DNA from: Yuukianura sp. NJ FZ-2021
Lineage: Eukaryota
Direction: 5' to 3'
DNA length: 64,000 nucleotides
NCBI GenBank assembly: GCA_046563655.1
Contig: CM102286.1
Coordinates: 248,001 to 312,000, forward strand
Numbering within the stretch: position 1 is the first letter of the stretch; every line of letters starts with the position of its first letter. A program made the translations under genes and the position numbers. Below are positions 54,773 to 64,000 of this stretch, piece by piece. The notes under the pieces were generated by a model that saw nothing but the letters and a program-made list of their open reading frames with translations, made no database searches and was not told the DNA's origin.

Positions 54773-57700
54773 ATGTCAAAGCGCTCAGGCTCCCCAATTG
54801 CTGGACCATCTAGGAAACTCTTTAACTGCATTCTGTGCGGTCATGGATTTACCTCTCGACCATTGTTGAAATTACATTTTGACACTGTTCATAAAAACTG
54901 TCTTGAACCAGCACCACCAGGCTGTGATGTCACGAACGAGGGTGTTCTACAGGAATATCACCATTTGTTCTGTCGAACATGTGGACTTCCATTTAATTGT
55001 CGGAATAAACTTCAAGAACATTTCTACACAACTCATCCAGACTTCAACATTCAAGATGGCGGAGGAGTGTCAACTGATCCAATAACTGTGAAACTAGTGC
55101 TGGAATCTCTAAAAATGAGTCGCAAGTACATGGCAGACTTTGATACATTTCCATGTGGTGAAGGTGTCGACGAGAGGGATTTCTTCGCAAATGTTAAACT
55201 ATCATCTTACGATGTCATCAGCGAAGATATCTCCAGATGGAAGAACTTGAGAATATTTTTTACCTTGGGGTGCCACTTCACCAAAACACACGCAGATGGA
55301 ACGGTTGAAACAAAGGATGCAGGATTTACTTCATTTCGACACCTTGTCTTCAATGAAAACTTGTTATCTAAAGTTTGGTCAGTCATGTGCAGTCAAATGT
55401 CAGATCAAATTGAAGACTTTACAAACGATGGTAGCGGCTGGACTCTTGAGTACATTCAGAAATTTGGATTTGTCACTTCAAAATATCAATTCACCAAGAT
55501 TGGAACATACATGGAGACCCCATATCCACTTTCAACTCACAGAACACTGTTAAACATTGACAATAGTGAAGTGGCAGTCGACAATTCCCACAACAAGTGT
55601 TTTATATGGTCTGTGCTTGCGCATGAGAATATCGGAGGATTATCTGTCAAAACAAAAAGATACAGAGGACACGTCGATAAGCTTGTAAAAACCTACAAGA
55701 CAAACGAGTACATCTTGAACACCAAAGGACTTCATTTCCCGATGACTATGGAGCAGATTCCCCACTTTGAAGAACTCAACCCGAACATTTCTTTAACCGT
55801 TCTTGGTTATGACATGGATGGGTCGATACCACCGAAGTTGAGCAAAATTGAATCATTCAATTTTATACAAAGCAAGATCTCAATACTGTACAACTCTCAA
55901 TGCACAAAGGAAATACATGTTGATCTCATGTGTCTAATGGAGGGAAACAATGGTCACTTCATACTCATTAGAAGTCTTGAAGCACTAATGAGGGCACCAA
56001 ATGTACATACAACCCTGCACATCTGTCGAAACTGTCTCTCCAATTTTCAATCATCTCAAACTCTTCAACAACACATCAAGTATTGCGCTTCATTAGATCT
56101 TCAAAAAGTTGTATATCCCGCCAACAATAAGCTGACCTTCAACAAGTGGGAGAGGACTCAACCAGTACCATTTCGATTCTACGCGGACTTTGAAGCTTTC
56201 CTCCCAAAGTTTAATCCCTCAACTATAGAAGAGGAGGAGCGCCGACAACTCAAAGAAAAAATACGTGGAAGACCAGTTCAGCCTGTGAATAAGTGTTGCA
56301 CTCACCTACACAAGCCATGTGGATATGCATGGGTTTGCGTAGACTTCAATGGAAAACGACGACATGGCGAATATTATCATATCACCAGCGATGACGAAGA
56401 CGTTGCTGCCAAATTTATTCATAGCATCACAGAGTACTCCAAAACACTGGAAGAGGAAGTTAGGTACTATGAAAAAATTGCACCAGACATGCTAAATCTG
56501 ACTCCAGCGCAGAGAAGTGCTGCTGCCCTGGAAAAAAATTGCTGTTTCTGCAAGAAGACATTGGACGGGACCAAAGTGCGACATCATTCACACCTTCCAC
56601 CGTTCAACTACATCGGGATGGCTCACCAAGACTGCAATTTACTAGGAAAAATCAAAAAAGAGTTTCCAGTCTTTATGCATAACTTTTCATCGTACGATGT
56701 GCACTTCATCGTTCAATCCCTTGGAAAACTACGAGAGGACGGAATCATCAAGGATATATCAGTAATTCCGAAAAGCAGCGAAAAATACCTTTGTCTAACT
56801 CTCGTTCCTGGCTACCATGATGACGATGATGATGATGGGAACGATGGGCCTTGGAGAAAAAAACCATTCAAACTAAGATTTACAGACAGTCTTGGATTTA
56901 CACTGAAATCCTTAGACAAATTAGTGAAAGTGATGCGAGCTGATCCCACTGCTAAATTTCCAATCACAAGACAAGAGTTTGCACAACACGATGGCATTGA
57001 ACTTCTCTTCAACAAAGGAGCTTATCCTTATTCTCTCATGAAGTCTTGTAAGGATTTCAAAATCAAAAAACTACCTGCCAAAGAAGATTTCTACAATGAC
57101 TTGACAGAGTCACACATTGACCATAAATTGTACGAGCACGCTCAAAAAGTCTGGAAGAACTTCAACATTCAAGACATGGGAGATTGGCATGACTTATACG
57201 TCAGACTAGATGTATCGCTTCTGGCTGATGTGATGGAAGGAATCCGAAAAATAATGTTTGATGCTTACGAATTGGATCTGGCCCATTATTTCTCTTTACC
57301 AATGATGGCAATGGATTGCGTTCTCAAGAAATCAGGAGTGGAATTGGAGCTAATCACAGATCCAACTATGCATTGCTGGCTGGAGCATGCTATTAGAGGT
57401 AAAACCTAAAAATGTGAAACTGGTAGACATTTTTGATTCATTTTATTGGTAGGTGGATACGTTAGCGTTGGATCCATGCGAGAAGCTAGAGCGAACAACA
57501 AGTACATGGGAGATGAGTTCAATCCAGAGGAAGACACAAGTTACATAATTTACATTGATGCCAATAACCTTTACGTAAGTGTAAAATGTATAATTGAACA
57601 AGTTCACTGAATAAGAGTAATTTAACTTCTAGGGTAAAAGCATGAGTCTGCTTCTTCCAACTGGAGAATTTCGATGGTTAACAGAAGAGGAGCTGATGAC

Positions 57701-59039
57701 AATTCAAGAAAATGATTTTATCATGGATGATGAGAAAGGATACATGCTTGAAGTGGATTTGGAAATTGACCCTTCCTTGCATGACAAACTTAATGATTAT
57801 CCTCCAGCCCCGATTACCCGTACAGTTGCGCAGAATGAGTTATCCCATCACCAGTTACATTTGTCGGAAAAACTCAACACAGGGCCCGGAATTTTCAAAG
57901 TGAAGAAACTTGTGGCAGATCTAAACAATAAGAAGAATTATATTCTACATCATGCCATTTTGATGGAGTACATGAAGCTTGGAGTTAAAGTTACAAAACT
58001 TCACCGTGGAATTTCCTTTACTCAGAGGGCATGGATGAAAGACTTTATAGATTTTAACACCGAAATGAGAAAGATGGCGACATCAGACTTTGAAAAGGAT
58101 TACTGGAAAACTCTCAACAACAACTCGGCATTCGGAAAAACAATTGAACAAGTTCGCAAACGTCAAAATGTTCGTATCGTCACATCCATGGAAGAAGCTC
58201 TACGTTACAACAAGAAACCCACTGTCCAGAATGTCATACCAATTAACGAGTCAACATGCATCTTTATGATGAAGAGACTTCAAGTCACTTTAAACAAGCC
58301 AATATATACGGGCGTCACAGTGCTTGAGCTAGCAAAGAGCATCATGTATCGACATCATTATACGATACAAGCCAAATACGGCATCGAGAAGTGCCGCCTT
58401 ATTTATACTGATACAGGTAAATGTCGTACTATCCTTACTTTAAACTAAAGCTAATTTTAGACTAATTTTAAACAAAAGCTAACGTTTATTTCAGATTCCT
58501 TCATCTATCACATCCAAACTGATGACGTTTATCAAGACATGCTCCAAGACAAGGACTTGTATGACATGAGCGAATATGAATCCGATCATCCAATTTTTGG
58601 AGAGTTTCACGACCCTACAAACAAGAAAGTTTTGGGAAAATTCAAAGATGAAGCTGCCGGTTCGGTAATCACTCATGTTGTTTGTCCTCGTCCAAAAATG
58701 TATACCATCAGATCCTTAAAGCTTCAAGTATACAAAGGATTTGATGGAACAAATATTTACCAAAAGAAGACTGATGGAAGCTGGTTCATCAAAGACGAAT
58801 ACACGAAGAAGGTCAAAGGAATAACTAAAACAGCTGTAAACAACCAAATTGCATATGAAGATTTTGAGAAAGTCCTTAAAGAAGACGTTCAAACTCGGGT
58901 ATGGATGAGAGGATTTAGAAGCGTAGAGCATAGAATTTTCACAGAAGTAACGTTAAAAAGGGCTCTGAACGGTTTAGATACAAAACGTTATGGAGTTAAT
59001 AGAATTAACACATTAGCCTTTGGACATCGTAACATTTAA
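54773..59039 (+). CDS. Protein-primed family-B DNA polymerase (Polinton/Maverick type), 4 exons, 1358 aa
   Basis: Exons 54773-57398, 57453-57574, 57633-58416 and 58495-59039 total 4077 nt in frame. ExoI YADFE, ExoII HNFSSYD, ExoIII YVRLDV. Splicing rebuilds IRGG, motif A YIDANNLYGKSMS and motif C YTDTDS. Motif B K..NNNSAFGK, GKFKDE, PKMY, KVKGI. N-terminal C2H2 fingers and an endonuclease-VII-like insert. Confidence 0.92.
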
Positions 59040-59782
59040 GAATATATATAAAAAATATTCCTTTGTCATAATTTCTGTAATTAAACCTTGGAGTGAGTTT
59101 ATTCCGATGAAGAGAAATATAAAACATTACGGAATGAGTCACAAAATTCTTCGAAAACCGCTTCGTTTTAAACGTAATTGTTCATCATAATTTCTGTCAA
59201 TAATGTAGTGACGGACCGGTTAAGGGTTACAGGAGTTAGAAGTTACAGTACGAATTACAGAACACATTACCTTTGGGCTACCGTTACGTTTTTTTTTTCA
59301 AAAAAAAATGTGGTTGACATCATTTGTGTAAAAGTCAGAGTGAATTTTCGAATCTAAAAAAAAATATTGAATATTACGGAAAAAACAAAATGTACACATT
59401 AGCCTTCTTTGGTTAAAATAACTATTTGTCATTAATTTCTGTAAATAAAGCTTTCAGTGAATTTGGTAGTTGCAGTTTTTTATTGTAACTTTTACATTAA
59501 TTTCATACAGCGAACTCTTTCGATGCTGTCAACAAATCTTTGAAAATTAAAGATCTTCTCTCAATCGTTCAAGATTTTGTGCATTCTCCTGAAATTGTTA
59601 TAGGTTATGAACTATACATATATATGCTAATATGGGTCATGAACTATAGTTAGTAAAAATACTTTTTTTTTGTAAATCATTGTCTTTCAAGAAATAAAAG
59701 TTATAAACCTAAATAATGCTCCAAAGAATTTATTTCAATCAAGAAGGATATGAAACTGACGAATTTTAGGAAAGTAAAGTTT

Positions 59783-60573
59783 CTATAATTCGGAAATCTC
59801 AAACTTCTTCATCAGATTCTCCATGATGGTGACGAAGTTTAATGTTTCATCACGTGTCCAAAAGATCAATGGTCCTAAAAACAAATAAATAAATTTTTTA
59901 AACTGAATTCGAATTGTTATCCCCTTTTAAATAATTCAATACCAATGTAATTCGCAAATCGTGATTCCTCAAGTATTGGCGAATTCAGATGCATTTGAAG
60001 ACGAGAATATCTCCCCCGGATCATTCTCATCCTCGCCGTTTTTGAGGTGGTTGTGAAGACGCTAGGATCACCCCAGAATCCGGAATCCTTAGGATTGATT
60101 TTATCAACAAAGACCGGCTGCGAGTCAATCGTATCCATTGTCTTTTTGACAAACTTCAGGATTTCTGGGATTTCCTTAGCGATGAAATGTAAAACCGTCG
60201 GCGAGAAGTTTGGATAGCTTTTCCGCACATATACCTTGAAACCTGCAAATATATATATTTCTAATATATTGTACAATCTATATATATATATATATATATA
60301 TAATCGCATGACATAATAATAAAATGAAAAAAAAAGACATACATTGTTGCAAGTCATCAAACCCCAATCTGCAAACACAATCTGTGCCAATGCTGTGAGT
60401 CAAATCATTCTGTCCGAAAAACTTATCATTTCCAGGAGTATAAACGTCTCGTGCAGCAGTTTCCAAATAGTTTTGTGCATTCCCTATTGTTTTAAAAAAA
60501 AAAAAAAATGTTATTATGAATACATAGTGACTCAAAACTCAATACTCCTATGTGACTTACCTTGTTCAGACAT
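59783..60573 (-). CDS. Spliced orphan gene, 181 aa, unknown function
   Basis: Exons 60573-60561, 60483-60343, 60242-59943 and 59874-59783 (546 nt) join in frame through three phase-1 GT-AG introns: MSEQGNAQNYLETAARDVY...LQQCFKVYVRKSY...NYIGPLIFWTRDETLNF...FEISEL*. TATA and TCAGT lie upstream. Confidence 0.7.
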
Positions 60574-60648
60574 TTTACTGATGTGAAGATACTTGTCAAA
60601 TGTATCTTTATATAAGACATTGATTGATGGGACATTAAGTGTACTAGT

Positions 60649-60695
60649 TAGACATTAAAGTAGTACGTCAAATTAGTGTACTAATTTAATGTCTA
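60649..60695. other. 18-bp inverted repeat (hairpin) in divergent intergenic region
   Basis: TAGACATTAAAGTAGTAC, 11-nt loop, GTACTAATTTAATGTCTA; 17 of 18 positions pair. Confidence 0.75.
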
Positions 60696-60723
60696 GTCAG
60701 AATAATTGATTTGACCGTCTAGA

Positions 60724-60875
60724 ACATCCGACTGTCTGGAACATCTAACAGTTTGAAAATCTGGTAGTGGCGGTTTGAAGATGGATTTCCAATTAATTCC
60801 ACATCTGGCTGTCTGGAACATCTAACAATTTGAAAATCTGGGGGTGGTGTCAAGATGGATTTCCAATTAATTCCA
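60724..60875. repeat. Two tandem copies of a unit of about 77 bp
   Basis: ACATC.G.CTGTCTGGAACATCTAACA.TTTGAAAATCTGG...AAGATGGATTTCCAATTAATTCC at 60724 and 60801. Confidence 0.85.
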
Positions 60876-60925
60876 ATCAAAAAACTTGCATAAATTGAAA
60901 GCATTTCAGTACGGCATCAGGAATA

Positions 60926-61405
60926 ATGAACTACACAATTTCGGGTATAGGCGGATTCAGTAAGGTTGGGTTTTCCAACTCTGGAAATCCTGAGGAAATA
61001 CTTGTAGCAGAAAAAATAGATCAGCCTGTAGCTCTCATTAAGTTTGACATTGCGCTGTGGAAGAAGTACAGCCCGCGAATTTACCAACGTCAGCAGCGCA
61101 TGTTATCTAAGGCATTCACAGAGTTCGCCGACTATTTTGCAATGAGTTGCACGAAAGTTGGATCTGAATATATCTTCTCGTCTCATCCATTTACAACATT
61201 TGAAAATTCGAAGGAAGCGAACGATTTCATGCACACTACATTGGGTATGATCTACGAACGTAATGGAGACATCGCTGACTCCTTCGCTCAGCACTGTGTG
61301 GAATTCATCACCAACGAGAACTCTATGGATATGAAATGGGTTTTCCCAGATTTCATTATTTCTCAAATCAAAAAAGCTGCAGACAAGCAGAAGGTAAGAA
61401 GATAG
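60926..61405 (+). CDS. Orphan protein, about 156-159 aa, paralogue of 62752-63264
   Basis: Open frame with clear end-to-end similarity to the 170-aa ORF. A possible intron 61394-61470 (AAG|GTAAGA...TTTAG|TGA) would move the stop to 61473. Confidence 0.75.
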   Translation: MNYTISGIGGFSKVGFSNSGNPEEILVAEKIDQPVALIKFDIALWKKYSPRIYQRQQRMLSKAFTEFADYFAMSCTKVGSEYIFSSHPFTTFENSKEANDFMHTTLGMIYERNGDIADSFAQHCVEFITNENSMDMKWVFPDFIISQIKKAADKQKVRR

Positions 61406-62089
61406 GTTGTCATTATTACTGTTCCTATCTATTTCTTACATTGTTTTTATTTTTTTTTTTTGTTCTTTAGTGAGTCTGAGGAGTACATCCACTGGTGTCA
61501 ACACATCCAAAATCCGTTAATGAAAACTTATTTCTGATTTGGTTAATTCATAAGCCTAAGTGTTGAATGATACACACAAGAAAATTCGGATGATGAATAA
61601 AAATTTAGCAGAAGCATAAATTCTTTATTTTCAACGTTTGAATGTTTGAGTATTTTGTTAATCAATTTGTCAGTTTCGTTAAAACATGGAATAGGATTGC
61701 AAATCCTTCAGCAATCGTCTACATTAGTGAAGTTTTCAATCATACACATGTTTTCCTAAAATATATAAATAAAAACAGCAGAAAACAGGTTTTTTTTTTT
61801 TTGTATTGTTCAAACACTAAATAGAAATTTTTAATCGGGAATTTAAAATCTTAAATATGAAATAAGCTCTTGTTCACCCTCTTCAGGAACTGTGTGTGTA
61901 TTCTGTTTTGTATGAACCCCATTGTAGACTACTAGGAGGAACTCTCACTCAGCAGTGTGAAAGAAAGAAAGACACCCACAGCTCCAATTTAGAGCTAACG
62001 AACTCTAATTCATTTCTTCATGTTTATTCAAAACAATTCTATTTGTTTCATGTTCAAAAAAAAACCATGTTGAATTTGACATTATCTTT

Positions 62090-62548
62090 TCACTCACTAT
62101 CCGAATAATACGTATAGTAGTAATCAAAGAGTTGTGGATGTGATAGTGAAGATTTACAGTCCAAGAGGGTTAGCTCATTGTTGATATAATCATGGTATGA
62201 ATTATCAAGCAGCTCAGCCAAGCAGGTAGTAGTTACAGCATGATCAGAGGATTTTCCAAAAATTGCAGTTGCTAAGTCATCAAACTTGCTGCCAAAGAAT
62301 TGAATAAGGTAGAGACGAAAGTATTTCTGCCATTCTCTTTGAGTGTTCTGAAATAAAATGTTAGATTGCTGTGAAAGAAGTACTCGAGCGGCAGAAAGTC
62401 GAACACAATTAAAGAAGAAAACACGAGCGTATTCCCAGTTTTGGATCTTTGCAGAATCAGTAAGTGGATATGTGTGCTTTATTTTCTGAAATACTTTTCT
62501 AATTATCTTAACAACACATTTGTCTGACGGAGAACCGTATGGTGCCAT
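62090..62548 (-). CDS. Orphan protein, 152 aa
   Basis: ATG in AAAATGG context, long open frame in AT-rich DNA, with TATAAAT (62635-62629) and TCAGTT (62605-62600) upstream. Confidence 0.6.
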   Translation of the reverse strand: MAPYGSPSDKCVVKIIRKVFQKIKHTYPLTDSAKIQNWEYARVFFFNCVRLSAARVLLSQQSNILFQNTQREWQKYFRLYLIQFFGSKFDDLATAIFGKSSDHAVTTTCLAELLDNSYHDYINNELTLLDCKSSLSHPQLFDYYYTYYSDSE

Positions 62549-62751
62549 TTTTTCCTCCTAAGTCTGATTTTTGGTATTTGGATTTGACTTTTTGTTGGGA
62601 ACTGACTCGGTACTAGTCCACTGACTCCATTTATAAACATGCTGAAAGAGGGCGGGGAGTGAATGCTAACTTCTCAAGCGACACCTAAAAATTCAGAAAA
62701 AAAATTAACTTGCAGAATTAACAAAGAAACTTATTTTTGTACCTTACGACG

Positions 62752-63264
62752 TCATTGGTGATTAAGATGTTCTAGAATGATCTCCTTCCATTTTTTGGTT
62801 GATTTTATCATCATAAACACAAAGTCTGCAAATATACGTTTTATGTCAAAAATGTTCACGCCAAAGTTTGCAACACAGTGTCGTGCAAAGTCGTCAGCGA
62901 TATTTCTTGCATCCTCAGAAGCCATGCATATTATAGTATGCATGGCTTTGGTTGCCTGTGTTGAGCTGTCAAACTGCATGACGGGAGCTAGCACATGTCC
63001 CTCAAAAATAATGCCAGCGCCAACTTTCGTGCAACATATTTTGAAGTAATCGGTGAATTCTGAAAATGCCCTTTTCAGATGCATCCTTTGGGGCCCGCTC
63101 AGTGTCCAACACCACTTTTCGTAAAGTTCATCGTTAAATATAATTAACTTTGTTGGTTCACCTACTGCACTTTCGATAAGTTTTAAAATTTCTTTAGAGT
63201 CGGTAAGACTGGTTTCACCAATCTTTGCCGCGCCGTCTGGTGTGCTGATGGAGTAGGAGTTCAT
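62752..63264 (-). CDS. Orphan protein, 170 aa, paralogue of 60926-61405
   Basis: Shares AFxEFxDYFxxxCTKVG, MHT, IADxFAxHCV and FxDF blocks with the plus-strand paralogue. TATAAG and TCAGT lie upstream. Confidence 0.78.
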   Translation of the reverse strand: MNSYSISTPDGAAKIGETSLTDSKEILKLIESAVGEPTKLIIFNDELYEKWCWTLSGPQRMHLKRAFSEFTDYFKICCTKVGAGIIFEGHVLAPVMQFDSSTQATKAMHTIICMASEDARNIADDFARHCVANFGVNIFDIKRIFADFVFMMIKSTKKWKEIILEHLNHQ

Positions 63265-63767
63265 TTTGTTAGACTGATGAACGTAAGGAAATCCAAAAGT
63301 TCCTTATAAGTCATTTTTAAATTGAGTTAACTGCATGATCTTCAGCAGAGAATATCTCTAAGTCACCAAATCCCACAAGTTTTTAACTGGTTAAATTAAA
63401 AACCTCTGGAAGATGTCCTTTTGCCTTTTTGCGTTTGCCTTAATGTCTCACTTTTTAATTGAGTTAATTAAAATGAATTCAGTAAAGTTAAAAAGTCCAC
63501 CAAAATCCCGTAGGATTTAGATTATTATAGCCTTGAGACAAGTCTCCTAATTTCTGAGTTTTTAATTGTCTTAATCAGTGACTTCAGCAAAATCGCCTAA
63601 AATAATTGTTGTGAAAGCCATTGCGTCTACCAATGAAATTGTGGTCAACTATGGCGAAGACGTTAGACCTACACAAAACGACATTAGGTGTCAACGCTTT
63701 ATTACTTAAGTCAAGTTGATCCATCTCCAACACATTTGATTTTGACACTGTAGACATTCACTATACT

Positions 63768-63986
63768 TTGTCATTTCAAAATTCCGAAGTCTCAATTTTG
63801 TCCATGCTAGCAATGGAACAAGGAATTATTTCCGCAATTCTTGCTCTTCAAGAGGAATTAGTTCAGTTACGAATGCAACTGAGAGACACCACTAGAGACC
63901 TTTATAACACCAAGGAATCACTTTACAAACTGAGAACTGTAGTCTTAGAAAAAGAGAACGAAATTACAGTTTTCAAGCAAGAGTAA
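63768..63986 (+). CDS. Coiled-coil-like ORF or exon, probably incomplete
   Basis: Heptad-like LQEELVQLRMQLRDTTRDLYNTKESLYKL; ends at a GTAAG donor-like site near the window edge; start uncertain. Confidence 0.4.
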   Translation: MSFQNSEVSILSMLAMEQGIISAILALQEELVQLRMQLRDTTRDLYNTKESLYKLRTVVLEKENEITVFKQE

Positions 63987-64000
63987 GCATTTCCATTGTA

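Larger units (their letters stand above)
54127..64000. mobile_element. Endogenous Polinton/Maverick (adintovirus)-like element, partial; boundaries uncertain and probably continuing past the window
   Basis: A pPolB gene followed by densely packed small orphan genes on both strands, unlike the gene-sparse flank. No TIR, integrase or capsid gene seen within the window. Confidence 0.65.

Noticed and set aside
57399..58494. pPolB as a frameshifted pseudogene
   Set aside because: All three breaks are bounded by GT-AG with compatible phases, and removing them restores conserved motifs exactly.

Overview
AT-rich eukaryotic genomic DNA with many short GT-AG introns. The host is an arthropod; a springtail-like hexapod is my inference and is not established. 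Host part: (1) MCM5 on the minus strand (231-3655), carrying an intronic C/D-box snoRNA candidate whose guide matches U6 snRNA at the Cm60 position. (2) A divergently transcribed mitochondrial ABC half-transporter, ABCB10-like (4696-7829). (3) A 12-exon ether-a-go-go K+ channel gene (11543-45961) with one GC-AG intron, a His-rich C-tail and an intronless divergent ionotropic-receptor gene nested on the same strand. Its introns and flanks hold MITEs, tRNA-derived repeats and minisatellites. From about 54.1 kb to the window end lies a compact virus/Polinton-like cassette. It contains a complete 1358-aa protein-primed family-B DNA polymerase gene split by three short spliceosomal introns that each fall inside a conserved polymerase motif, preceded by a perfect 172-bp direct repeat. 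Downstream are small orphan genes: a spliced 181-aa gene, two inverted paralogues of an unknown family, a 152-aa ORF and a coiled-coil ORF, three of them with TATA plus TCAGT promoters. No integrase, capsid, packaging ATPase or terminal repeat is visible in the window. Exon coordinates were read by eye.
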